A stretch of DNA of 64,000 bases, from positions 32,922,001 to 32,986,000 of the forward strand of contig NC_043005.1 in assembly GCF_006345805.1 (NCBI RefSeq). Reading direction: 5' to 3'. This stretch comes from Octopus sinensis (taxonomy: Eukaryota). Below the pieces are notes generated by a model, which saw nothing but the letters and a program-made list of their open reading frames with translations, did no database searches and was not told the origin of the DNA. Every line of letters begins with the position of its first letter. The first letter of the stretch is position 1. The position numbers and the translations under genes are program-made. Shown here in pieces: positions 48,120 to 60,524 of this stretch.

Positions 48120-49760
48120 ATTTCCTTCTCTCTCTTCTCACTTTCATCAACCTTTCGAGCCCAAGCGGCATCCATGTTATCTTCATGAGGAACTGTTGAC
48201 TCGACTAGATTTACCACTTTCTTTCTTTCATACCGTATTATGATACCCCGTTTCTTCGTACCTGGGATGGAAAAAGTCCTTGGTACCCTGGTAAATCTGC
48301 AGCCACCTCCCAATAGCCGTTCCACTTTTCATCGCTCACGGGAAATCTCTTCTCCTTCAAACGGATCTGTTGTCCTGAGCGCACGAAGGTAATGAAATGT
48401 CTGGTTGCTTCTTTCGATGTTTTTTTTTTAACCACTGTTGATGAGAGCAATTTGGTTCTTTATAGCATTGAAGATAACCTTAACGACTAGATTATGTCTC
48501 CATGTACATCTATTTAATGCCAGTGAACAGTTGGAAAGAATATGTGTCAGTGTTCCGACTTTTCCGCATCTGCATATATCATTTTCTGTGACCTTTCATC
48601 TTACTAGATTTGTGGGCGATGGCAAGACATCGTAGGATTAACAAATCAGAAAACTTAGACGTGATGTAGTCCACTTCCATATCTCATTCCAACTTATTTT
48701 TCTCTTAACAACGTATTCCTCCCATTTTGCCATCTGCCCTTGTTCAGCGCATTGGATCAAATGAAGCTTTCTTCTCTTTTTTTCCCTTGCTTTGACGCTG
48801 TTGCTAACAACAGATCTGCGTTCGTCCGTATCATGCTTGCAAACGGTCTGAACCGATCTGCGTCAAATCCAAGTCCCTTCGGATGAATTTGCGTTGCACC
48901 CACCATAACTCGGGTGTGTAAGTGATGACAAGATGTCATCAGTTCCTGCATATGCTTTACACTTCCTGTTTGTTTTTACATCTGGTCGATTACGCCTGTT
49001 TTCAATATGATTCGACTCTCTCAGCATCATCACCGTTTGTACCTTCCTCAGTTTATAAATTTCGACTATTGACGTCAGTGGTAACTGCAACGAGCCTCTT
49101 TTACGATAGAGAGCTGAGCTCTTTAATATCCCAGGCAGGCCTAACCACTTTTTAATGAACACATTACACATTTGTTCAATGATTTGAACTCGAGACAGTG
49201 CCACCTCGTATATTAGAAGAGGCCACGAAAGGCGCGGATTACAAGCCGAACTATAAGCATCATATTTGCATCATATAAGCATCATATAACTATAAGCATC
49301 ATATTTGCTTGGATTCTTTGAGCCATCAATTGCTAACCCATTCTCGGCTTGTTTCATAATTTGCCACCTGCAGTTCCTATCTGACAACGTTCTAACGTAC
49401 GCACGAGTTCCTCCTTGACTGTCGAAATGCTTTCTTCAGATATTTTAAAGTTAACTTCTTTTTGCACTCCCTTAATAAATGTCAGACTATGAAACTTTTT
49501 TACCCTGAAATGCATCAGCTCGTCTAGCCTAAAGAGAGCACTCTGCATGATTTGCTTGTCTGTCGACAGAAGTGTCACGTCATCCATGAAGGCCTTCCTA
49601 GGTGATTGTGCATGGGCGATTTGTTCCGAAAAGTCCGCTGCTTTCAAAATCATCTCCATGACTAGGATAAACAGATAATGTGCGGCCAGCAGCAATGCCA
49701 ATCTCCAATCGGTGACAATCTGTTGTAAAATTTCCAGCTGTAAACCTCATCTCGAAACTG
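48120..49760 (-). mobile_element. Hero-like RLE non-LTR retrotransposon, 5' truncated, deleted and frameshifted
   Basis: RFTAGNFTTDCHRLEIGIAAG, FILVMEMIL, KAFMDDVTLL, KKWLGLP...ALY...LQLPLTSIVE, ITFVRSG, WEVAADL, VNLVESTVPHEDN. Confidence 0.85.
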
Positions 49761-49767
49761 TCGTTAT

Positions 49768-49845
<78 letters not shown>

Positions 49846-49909
49846 AAATATATATATAAAGGGGAAGAGAAATGCCTTCAGTTCACATAGTTTTAATATT
49901 AAAAAAATT

Positions 49910-51198
49910 TTTTTATCTAGTTTCAGTTCACAAGCTGTGGCCATGCTGGGGCACCGCCATTTGGTGTTGCTACATAATTATACTTCACGAATGCTTTTCA
50001 GGAATTGACATTTGGTGCATGAGAAAGTTTGATGCAGCTGCCTACATCTGCACCTCCTGCCGCGAAGTTGGTTCATCTGGGACACCTGACAGGAAGAAGT
50101 CCAGCTTTATTTTGAAGACACCTACATCCACCCCATGCAGGTCTCTCAGGTCCTTCGGGAGGCTATTGAAGAGCTGTGGGCCTCTGAAGCCCAGGCTATT
50201 GCAGTATCTTGTCCTACATCTTGATGGCAAATTTGGAATCCTTAGCACTATGCAGTGGCGCCCAGTTCTAGTATTTGTGTAACTCTCGATGCCAAAGTTT
50301 GGGACAAGTCCTTCCATGATCTTCCAGATGTATATTATGGCGTATCTTTCTCGCTTACACTCTAAGGAATAGAGACTTAATCTCTTGAGTCTTTCCCAAT
50401 AGCATATATGCTGCATAGAGGCTATCTTCTTCGTGTAGCTTCGTTGGATTGCCTCAAGTTCTGAGATTAATTTGACACTGGTTGATGACCATAGCTGAGA
50501 GCAATAGCCAAAGTGGCTTAGGACAAGTGTTCTCCAGATGACCATCATGGTTTCCTGGTCCCTTGTTCTAAAAGTTCTAAGAATCTATCCGGGACAAATT
50601 TGTAGCATATGGTTTGCATTACAGACATGAATTGTTGAAGTTTCATGTCGATGTCCGGTGAGGAGAGACATTTAGGCCAGTTTTGTTTGAGGATCTCTTT
50701 CTCAATTTGTTTCCAGTTTACCTTATGGAAGTTCAAGCTGGAAAGATTCTGAGAGTTTCTTGTAAGCTGCATGTCCATGCTTTCCTTTGGTCCGTACATG
50801 GTCAGCTCTACCATGTTGTGATCCGGGAGTAGCGTCGGTGTCACTTTCACATTATGGATGAGATAAGCAGAGATCCAGTACGTTACCTATCCTGGTTGGT
50901 TGGAGTACTATTTGTTCCATATACAAAGTGCTGATGAGGTTCAGGAGGGACTTCACCTGTCCTTGTTCGCATCGTGTCATTCTTGGGAGAGAAAGGCCCT
51001 CGGGCCATCTGACACTGGACAGATTGAAGTCTCCCATAAGAAGTACACTTATGTGTTGTTCTAATGTGACTATAACTTCTAATTTTGTAAGGCAATCTTC
51101 AAACTTCACTACATGATTTGGAGCATCTGGAGGGCGATAAGTAGCACATATAACTACACCGAGTTGTCTCATATGTACAATTAGTATGTCACATACTG
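49910..51198 (-). mobile_element. CR1/L2-type LINE: APE endonuclease joined to post-RT C-terminus, RT deleted, intact 3' tail
   Basis: TYRPP, LLMGDFN, PTRIGNVLDL, DHNMV; junction near 50590 into ILRTFRTRDQ, LVLSHFGYCSQLWS and RRERY-like segments. Tail homologous to 2207-2247. Confidence 0.92.
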
Positions 51199-51199
51199 A

Positions 51200-51310
51200 A
51201 TTTTTGGCGGTGTAGCATGTTTCATCGAATAGGAAGTAATTGTTTTGTAGGATGAACTTCAGAGATTCAATGACAAAAGTCTGGTTTATGCGGCCCGAAA
51301 GAACTTCAGG
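51200..51310 (-). mobile_element. short PLE reverse-transcriptase fragment
   Basis: RINQTFVIESLKFILQNNYFLFDETCY resembles the PLE RT motif L.FIL.NNYF.F...Y.Q. Confidence 0.6.
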
Positions 51311-51615
51311 GTATTTTTATATTTACGTACGGTTAAAGAGAAAAGAAATTTAAGAATAGTCTCATAATTACTTGAGAGAGATTTTTTTTAATGGAATCAA
51401 TATGGCTGAGGTGACATTCAACTTTCTTCATGGCAAAATGGTAGAGCATTAGATAGTGAAAACAAAATGGTAGAGCATGAGATAGTGAAAACAATGCTCT
51501 CCCTCACCCATTTCTCTCTCTCTCCCTCTCTCTTTCTCTCTCTCTCTTTCTCTCTCTCCCTCTTTCTCTCCCTCTCCCTCTCTCCCTCCCCCTCTCTCTC
51601 TAAACATCCTTCCAC

Positions 51616-51700
51616 CTTCTTCTTCTTCTTCTTCTTCTTCTTCTTCTTCTTCTTCTTCTTCTTCTTCTTCTTCTTCTTCTTCTTCTTCTTCTTCTTCTTC
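51616..51700. repeat. (TTC)n microsatellite
   Basis: Direct reading; source of the poly-K and poly-F ORFs. Confidence 0.98.
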
Positions 51701-51839
51701 TGTGAAAGAAACATAGGATAAATTGATAAACGCATAAATACAGATAATAGACCGATAAATACAGAGCCGGAGGGGGAAGGGGAGAGAGAGAAAGAGAGAG
51801 ATTCAGATAGAGGGGAGTCTAGCATAAACTCTCTCCCTG

Positions 51840-51872
<33 letters not shown>

Positions 51873-52042
51873 GCGCGCACACACACATGGACACGGACAC
51901 ACACACACATACGCATATATATATATATATATATAAATGTACACACACCTATATACATACATACGTAAGTACGTACGTACTTACAACGCGTAAGGGAGGA
52001 TTTGAACAATGCTTTTCAACCGACATAATATAAATAATCTTT

Positions 52043-52044
<2 letters not shown>

Positions 52045-52124
<80 letters not shown>

Positions 52125-52190
52125 TGTGTGTGAGAGAGAGGGACAGGGAGAGAGAGAGACAGAGGGAGAGGGAGAGGGAGGGAGAGAGAG
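52045..52190. repeat. (GA)n purine tract
   Basis: Direct reading. Confidence 0.97.
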
Positions 52191-53090
52191 ATGAACTGGT
52201 AGAAAGGGCAGATTGCCGGACGTATGTGAAACTAAACAAAGTATTTAGTTTCATTAAATGCTATGATAAAAGTTCATGTGCCGTGAGCTGAGGTGAGTTC
52301 TGACGTCACACAACGCACTTCACCTCACTGCAAGCCAACCTAGAACTGTTTGTTTAATTTTGTTCTTTTACATTATATTTATTTTGTCTGTTCTGTTTTT
52401 CGCGAGTGCAAACCAAAACCAAGTTCCTGAGACTCTTAGTTGTTTGTTTCTTTAATTTTAGCATTTGGTTTTGTCTCTATATATTCGAAGTTATCGTTTT
52501 TTGTTCCCAGTGCTATTCCGCAGACCATTTTCTATATCCTGAACTTATTCCAGAAGAATCTGAACTCACTGGATAATCATATCATCTCGATCTACATAGC
52601 CATGAATTTAGGATGAGGGGTTAGTCAATTAAAACGACCCCACTACTTAACTAGTAATTAATTTTATCCACCACAACCCGTTTCCAAAACTTTGGACTAC
52701 TTCATTTTATCTGCACCTTGTTCCAGTCCTTGACTGGTAAATTATTTCAACTACCCCAGAAGGATGAAAGGTGAAGTTAGCTCCAGCGTCTAAAAATAGG
52801 GACAAATATATCACGTAATTTTGTCTGACTCATTAATGATTTAGCGAATCGATTACACGGTGAATTATTGCATAATTAAACATATAAATCACACACACAC
52901 ACAGTTAAACATAATTGAACATACTGTATTTACTCGTGTATAAGTCGCACTACAAAAATGGGGTGAGACTTATACACGAGCACACATACATACATACATA
53001 CATACATACATACATACATACATACATACATACATACATGCATACATACATATGTGTGTGTGCGCGTGTGTGTGTGTGTGTATTATATTA

Positions 53091-53310
53091 CTCTTTTACT
53101 CTTTTACTTGTTTCAGTCATTTGACTGTGGCCATGCGGGAGCACCGCCTTTAGTCGAGCAAATTGACCCCAGGACTTATTCTTTGTAAGCCTAGTACTTA
53201 TTTTATCGGTCTGTTTTTGCCGAACCGCTAAGTTACGGGGACGTAAACACACCAACATCGGTTGTCAAGTGATGTGGGGGGGGGCAAACACAGACACACA
53301 AACACACACA

Positions 53311-53392
<82 letters not shown>

Positions 53393-53549
53393 TACGACGG
53401 GCTTCTTTCAGTTTCCGTCTACCAAATCCACTCACAAGGCTTTGGTCAGCTCGAGGCTATAGTAGAAGACACTTGCACAAGGTGCCACGCAGTGGAACTG
53501 AATCCGGAATCATGTGTTTCGTAAGCAAGCTATTTACCACTCCTACGCG
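53091..53549 (-). mobile_element. SINE-B, full length with expanded internal (CA)/(TA)
   Basis: Tail ctcttttactcttttacttgtttcagtcatttgactgtggccatgcgggagcaccgcc through head gtaagcaagctatttaccactcctacgc. Confidence 0.93.
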
Positions 53550-53837
53550 TATCGTATTATATTTTGTATCATACGCCTATTGTATTATATTATATATCAT
53601 ATGCGTGTGTATGTGTTTGTGTATGTATGTATGTATGTATGTATGTATGTATGTATGTATGTATGTATGTATGTATGTATGTATATATGTGTGTATGTCA
53701 TTATTCAGTTTATTTCAAGATTTTTTGCCAATAAAGAAAGAACCAGTTTCTCACCAAGATCCATTGGAATTTCAACATCAACAACAGGGTACTTTCGTTT
53801 GTTTGTTTGTATGTATGCATGTATCTATGTATGTATG

Positions 53838-54070
53838 TGCAGATTTGAATGTTTTATGTACGTATTCTCATGCATATAGTTACATATCTAGACATGATCA
53901 TATATATTTAAATGATAAACTTCTGGAAAGTCTTACAGATTTTTACATTTCCAGTAATGGATTAGATCTGTAGTCTTCTTTCTGATTTTGAGAAGCCTAA
54001 TTTCTCAAGATGAGTATTTAGGCTGTGTGTTACATATCCCAGGGTCCCAAATATTACAGGTATAAACCTG
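53838..54070 (-). mobile_element. 3' end of an R4-like RLE LINE (family 3) embedded in (TATG)n; extra 3' UTR-only copy at 54130-54186
   Basis: RFIPVIFGTLGYVTHSLNTHLEKLGFS...SITGNVKICKTFQKFII*, then a UTR ending aatctgcaca followed by (TACA)n. Confidence 0.85.
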
Positions 54071-54593
54071 TATGTATGTATGTATGTATGTATGTATATA
54101 TGTATGTATGTATGTATGTATTGATGGATGTGCAGATTTGTATGTTTTATGTATGTATTCTCATGCATATAGTTGCATATCTAGATATGTATGTATGTAT
54201 CTATGTATGTGTGTATGTATGTATGTATGTATGTATGTATGTATGTATGTATGTATGTATGCATGTATGTGTGTGTGTGTGTCTATGTGTGGCGTTTTAT
54301 CTTTACGAAGGCCGTTTACAAGACATTGAATATGTATTTACCTAAATACATTGAACCAACCTGAACATGCATTCGCATCGGTTACACGGGTCTTGAAGGG
54401 CTCACGAATAAAGTGGTTATTGGATTGTCTCGTCAACTTTATTAAAGAAAAGAAAAAAAGAGAAAAAAAGTGATGAGTGGATGAAAATTAAATGATTTGA
54501 TAGTTAAATATAATTTAACATATATTATACTAATGAAACGCTTCACGTTTTAAAAATGCCGACAGTTGGAAATACTTTGATTATAGTTAGATT

Positions 54594-54930
54594 ACTGGTT
54601 CTCAGCCGGCGTCCATACGATCCTCAAGGGTTCATATGGTTCTTAGAGCTCCATATAAAATTTATCTGTAATAAACTGGTTATACTTTTACAGTACACAA
54701 AGTAGCTCTATATTTAAGAAATGAGGAATTATGTACATTATTTACATTTGACAGATATCCGTCAAATGTAAATAATGTAAATAAAGTACACAAAGTATTG
54801 AATTTTTGTATACAATTCCTAATAATGTTTAATTATAAAAATATAATGCGAGTTTCTAAACATTGAACGGCTATTAGGGTCCACCCATGTAAAATAGGAA
54901 TCCATAAGCAAAAAATGGAGCAGAACAACA
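54594..54930. mobile_element. probable hAT-type MITE, interrupted by an 81-bp insert
   Basis: Begins ctggttctcagcc (resembles CAGTGGTTCTCAACC); the right end is degenerate. The insert at 54704-54784 has a 12-bp direct repeat on each side. Confidence 0.45.
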
Positions 54931-55956
54931 ACAACCGCAACAACTGCTTCTGTGTTCCTTCGTTAGATCAGTTGTGTTGTGCTACAGACCCAGTTTCTTA
55001 TTGGGGAGAGAGAAACTGTGTGGAACGATTGAAGTGTAACTGAGAGGTTCAGTGGTGGGATACATTGTGTCATGGAGGTTCGATCTGAGAATTACTTCAA
55101 GGATGACCCATGTGCTAACTTAACGAGACGGCAGTTCATTGATCGAACACTCAAACACCCGAATAATCATCATTGATACTGACGGAGATCCAGCAAAAAA
55201 CTAACCAGAAAACAATTATCGTCTGCCCCAATGACGGTTCCTTAAAAGAATAAAATATTTCCTTCTTTTTCAGTTAATCTTTCACCTCTCTTATTCCTTC
55301 TTTTTTCTCCTTTTATTTGTTTATATTTGTCAAGGTGACTTCCCCTCCTCACCTCGAAAAGCCATTGTTGTAGGCACGTGCGCACATTTCAGCAGACTGC
55401 ATACTTAAAGGGAGATTTGTGTACTAATTGCAAGGATAATCTCAGTATGTTCCCCATATTACGTCTGCGTGTGACTCTCCCTACTCCCTTCAGCTCATTT
55501 CCCCCTCAGCCATCTTGTTGATTCACAAAGCACTCTCCCCTACTTGCCCTATATCCGCCCAACATCCTACATCCTCCCAACACCTACCCTACATCCACCC
55601 TCTATTTACCCACCCTATGCTCGATCTACATACGTGACGTCTTCCTTCCACTGTCAGACTCAATGCTACACCCAACCCATTTACTGTCTCTCACCCCACA
55701 CCCAAAGGTCAAATGCTTATTCACAATTCAATCTACTCCACCTCCCTCAGCTCCACTTCCCCTTGCTCTACGTCTCCTGTATTACACTACCTCTTGCTTC
55801 ACGCCCCCCCCCAACCATATTCCATCTCCGCTCTCCCCCGCCCCTGCTTCACTACTCCCGTTATACCTAACCCTGCAACAACAGACAAGAAAACTTAGTG
55901 CCCCATATTTTTTAAACAAGGACTCAGAAGTCTACCAACGAACGACCATGCACACA

Positions 55957-56008
55957 CCTACTACTACTACTACTACTACTGCTACTACTACTACTACTGC
56001 TGCTGCTG

Positions 56009-56043
<35 letters not shown>

Positions 56044-56074
56044 GCTACTGCTGCTGCTACTGCTGCTGCTGCTG

Positions 56075-56138
<64 letters not shown>

Positions 56139-56140
56139 TG

Positions 56141-56200
<60 letters not shown>
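55957..56200. repeat. mixed (ACT)n/(GCT)n trinucleotide tract
   Basis: Direct reading. Confidence 0.95.
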
Positions 56201-57014
56201 GCATCATCACCGTCAACATTACTACAACACTATTAATATCTACTACTGCTGCTACTGTCATCTCACACTTCTACCTTCTGACCTGTGTATCAGAGGAAGA
56301 TGTCTGTTATGTGTTAGAGAAAAAAAATAACCTGACGTTAATGAAATACTCTTTCACCTCACTATTATCTTTGCACAAGCGCTAACGCCTTCACTAATGG
56401 AACAGCAACATTGGTACTTCTTGTCAGAGGTCGATTATATTGATTGTTATTTCTCTACCTATCTACTAGCAGAGATACCCGGCGTTGCTCGGGATTATAA
56501 TGGCATAGTTTTTTTATATTGTTTTATTGGATCTTTTCACTTTGACCGGCAGATTTTAAAAAATAATTTCTTTGTAACTAAACACTTTAAAACTTCGTAT
56601 ACTGGTAGAATGTATTGCATAAAACATCTTATTCTCTTGGCTTTCTTGAGAAAATTCTGTAGTTTGTAAGCTATTTGTTGTTAAATTTCTTGCATTTCGG
56701 CAATTTCAACCAATCAATGACGTCTATTGAGGTGAATACAATTACTGATGTAGTTTGTCAACAACAATTTCCTGCGGTGTCTACTCAGTTTGTCACTGTT
56801 ATTTATGACATATTTCATATCAGTTACGTTCGTATGAATAAAAGATTATCGTTATTTAACTTATATTAATAAACACATATTCTAAGATCACAACATTTGC
56901 AGTTTTAATTTCCCTCTCTGTTGCACAGATACACACATTACATATTATATATTCGTTTAAGAAACAGATTGGGTTTATTTACATTTCTAAAGAAAAAAGA
57001 TAGCCTTCCCCCAC

Positions 57015-57050
57015 CCCTAACCCTAACCCTAACCTTAACCATAACCCTAA
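57015..57050. repeat. short interstitial (CCCTAA)n telomere-type array
   Basis: Six units, four perfect (variants CCTTAA and CCATAA). Confidence 0.85.
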
Positions 57051-57218
57051 CCCCACATATATGAAAAAATAAAAATTTTACGGTAAGTGACGATCTTCTT
57101 CAAATGTAAACAAATACACGTGACCTAAATGGGACTCATATGGAAAGAATGCCACCAAATTAAATATGTATTTAGTGTGTAACCTAGATTTTGGTGGGTG
57201 GGTGCGTGGGTGTCTTGT

Positions 57219-57290
57219 GTTTACAAGAAAGAAACAAGGAAAAAGGGACAAGGTTTACAAGAAAGAAACAAGGAAAAAGGGACAAGGTTT
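57219..57290. repeat. 34-bp perfect tandem duplication
   Basis: gtttacaagaaagaaacaaggaaaaagggacaag x2. Confidence 0.95.
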
Positions 57291-57460
57291 GGGTGTTGAA
57301 ATTTGTAAGCGTATAGTGATGTATAAATACATTTTAATACATTTTGTGGCCATAAACTGAGGAGTCACTCGTAAACAGAGCGGGATAACAAAACCATTCC
57401 CTCATTTAGTGTCCACCCATAATTATGACCCTAGTATTGATCTATTGCATTTCAATCTGT

Positions 57461-57805
57461 TATGTTTGAATCGGTTGTAGCACTCATCCTCCTTCTGAGT
57501 TTTGCCCATTGCATCATCGTCAAAGGCCTGCTAAATCTTCTGGATAGTTTAAACTTGAGTATCACCAAACTTTGGGTAAAACTTGATGCAATGTCCCTGC
57601 TCGATTCGTTCGGTCATCTTGCGTGGAAACGAAAACCCGACGAGCACGCACTAGAGGTCTATACTTTAGTCGTAACAACCGGTAACTAACGCGGCCTGCT
57701 GTCGCGAAAATTTTCACGCACATGCAGGAATGGTGACCTCACACCTAGTGTTTCGCCCACGTGGCATTAGTTTTGGCGAGGATACTTTTTAAACACAACC
57801 TCGTA
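57461..57805 (-). mobile_element. mariner 5' portion with left TIR
   Basis: TIR tacgaggttgtgtttaaaaagta at 57783-57805. N-terminus GDTQV*TIQKI*QAFDDDAMGKTQ...YNRFK. Confidence 0.85.
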
Positions 57806-57940
57806 CAAGCACAACTAGATACCTATTAAAACATGTGTTATGCATTTTTATATAACATTGTTTAAATGTACATAAACTATAATGAATTAAACATATAGTT
57901 TTAACACTCACGCTATTATCATCATTGATGTTGTTGCTGT

Positions 57941-58376
57941 TAACGTGGTTAGCTGGCAGTATCGTTATCGCCACGGATAAAAATATCTCATTTCATCCGT
58001 TTTCACATTGTGTTCAAATTCCGCCGAGGTCGACTTTTCCTTTTATCCTTTCAGGGTCGATAAAATAAGTACCAGTTGAGTACTGGGGTCAATGTGAACA
58101 ACTTACCTCCTCCCTTGAAATAGCTGACCTTGTGCCTAAATTTGAAACCATTATTTTTATTATCATTATTGAGTGAGAGAGCAGTGCATACCATCAAAGT
58201 GATACGGGGGTAAAATATACGAAGCCCAATATACCCACCATGACTACTCGTCTGATAAGGGTACACCAGTCCCACGCATCACAACCATATATACGAGACA
58301 TGGTGATTTCATATCAAGATAAACAGCACATGACCTTGCAGGTGGGGCCCAGTTAGAATTTTCTTCAGGTGGAGTA
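57941..58376 (+). mobile_element. SINE-A (57941-58150) followed by a family E fragment (58169-58376)
   Basis: ttcaaattccgccgaggtcgacttttccttttatcctttcagggtcgataaaataagtacc; the second part aligns to 15001-15070 with additional sequence. Confidence 0.85.
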
Positions 58377-58391
58377 ATCAACTGGTACTTA

Positions 58392-58867
58392 TTTGGTGAT
58401 ACTCAAGCTTAAACTATCCAGAAGATTTAGCAAGCCTTTGACGATGATGCAATGGGCAAAACTCAGGAGAAGGATGAGTGCTACAACCGATTCAAATATA
58501 ACTGCATCTCAGTGGAGAATGAGGCTCGCTCAGACAGGCCATCCACAAGCCGAAACGAAGAGCTGATTGAGAAGGTTCAGCTAATAGTTATGGAAGACCG
58601 TCGTGTAACAATCTTCTAGCTCTTCTCCAAACTGGAGGGAAGCGATTTGAGTCGCGAGAAGAAATTGAGAAAAGTGACGACGGAGCTCCATACCATTCCA
58701 GAGAAGGCATTCCAGAGGTGTTGCCAGTCGCGGCAGAAGCTCCGAGAGAAGTGTGTGAACTATCAAGGGGAATATTGTGAAGATGATTAAAAATAATTTA
58801 AATGTACAAAATTGATCTGCTTCTTTTTTGTACCCTAAGTTCGAGTACTTTTTGAAAACACCTCGTA
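58392..58867 (+). mobile_element. mariner, internally deleted, with right TIR
   Basis: GDTQA*TIQKI*QAF..., RSDRPSTSRNEELIEKVQLIVMEDRRVTI, then a C-terminal KRFES...IPEKAFQ segment and TIR tttttgaaaacacctcgta. Confidence 0.88.
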
Positions 58868-58969
58868 TATAAAATGGAATTGAGAGAAATATGTAGAAAT
58901 ACTAAGTTTATTGGGAACATGTTATATATACAACTCACTACTTGCTTGTCTCTCACTCTCTCTCTCTAA

Positions 58970-59046
<77 letters not shown>

Positions 59047-59048
59047 CC

Positions 59049-59087
<39 letters not shown>

Positions 59088-59989
59088 CTGTCTGTCTGTC
59101 TATCTGTCTGTATTTCTGTCTGTTTGTCTGTCTGTCTTCTTGCCTGTCTGCCTGTCTGACTGCATGTATGTTTGTATGTACATAGGTATGTATATGGCTA
59201 TATGTTTTTATGCCTGGTTGTGTGTATGAATATATACACAGACAGACAGATAGACATATAGATAAATAGATATAGACATAGACAGATATACATATATACA
59301 CCCATGCATGAATATATACAAACACGTGTGTATGTGTGTGCGTGTGTGTGTGCGCGAGCGCGTGGCGAAGCATATTATTAGCCACAACCTGCTGAGTCGT
59401 CGAACAACTCAAAGGTTTATTTGCAATCAAAACAAATCTGTGGGACCTGGTTTCCTTTTTTCATTCTTTGTCGTTACTTCTGTTCTTTTGCATTTTCTTC
59501 TTTATTCCTTGGCAAGGCGAGATTAAATGAGGAGGGGTACGTACGGCTCATTTTGTTTAATATCTCTTGTATATTATTTATCTATATCTTGTAAAACATA
59601 TGTTTGTTTGTCAGCTGGAATTTTCTCAATCTGACACACATTAACTGAGAATAAGGTGCTTCCGAGACTGATTTACCCCACTGTTTACCTAACTTATTCA
59701 CAGATATTTATTTTTTAATTATTTTGTTTATGATATATCATGAATGGTGAACAATAGCGTCGGCACTCACTTCAGAGGTTTTATTAGATCTATCATAGGC
59801 CCATTACGTTTATGAGGTGAGAATGACACAAAAGTTTTTGTAAATCGATGCAAGTATAGTAACATGGCTGGGAAAGTACCGAATTTTTCGATGATTTCCG
59901 CATCTATTTCGACACAAATACACTTCCATAACCGCTACATGCTCTCTCGCACAAAGAGGATACAGAACTGAAACACTATGAGTATGTGC

Positions 59990-60042
<53 letters not shown>

Positions 60043-60524
60043 AGAGGAAAAATTATAATAAGGCAGAATGCTAAATTGAAAGTAAATTTTAATAAAAATG
60101 GGTGTATGGAAAATTAGAAAAGAAAAAATAATAAATCAAACCGGTTTTCATGGTAAGGCAAATTTTTAAGATTTAGAAGGGAAAAGAATTTTTTTATAAA
60201 TTGAGGGAGGGGAAAAAAGAAATTTACAATGTTTTTTTTCAAAAAAATAATAATACATATATCCAAAAATTAATAAATACGTATACCGATAGATTGTAGA
60301 GTCTTTATGCTTTTAGAGTTCAATAATAGTCCTTGGAAAAATTTCTTTGGAGGATTAAGATCCATGTGATTAAAAGTAGTGCTTGGTTTAAAGCGTTTGG
60401 TAAAAGAGAATCAAAACAGGAAATGGGGTAGGAGTTATCCAGTTCCTGTGAGTAAGGGGAGACCACTCTGTGGATTTTATGCTCTTCAATTGGAATGATG
60501 GATTTGTTTTGTCAAACAGGATGC

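Noticed and set aside
49069-49076. TGACGTCA CRE sites (also 29516 and 52301) as regulatory calls
   Set aside because: A few occurrences of an 8-mer are unremarkable in 64 kb, and this one lies inside LINE coding sequence.
49250-49306. Repeated tataagcatcatat units (similar short duplications at 30557-30600 and 51434-51491)
   Set aside because: These are ordinary slippage-type tandem duplications with no further structure.
55663-56385. 240-aa Thr/Ala-rich ORF resembling a mucin or antifreeze protein
   Set aside because: It is an (ACT)n/(GCT)n microsatellite with non-coding-looking flanks and no splice or signal-peptide support.
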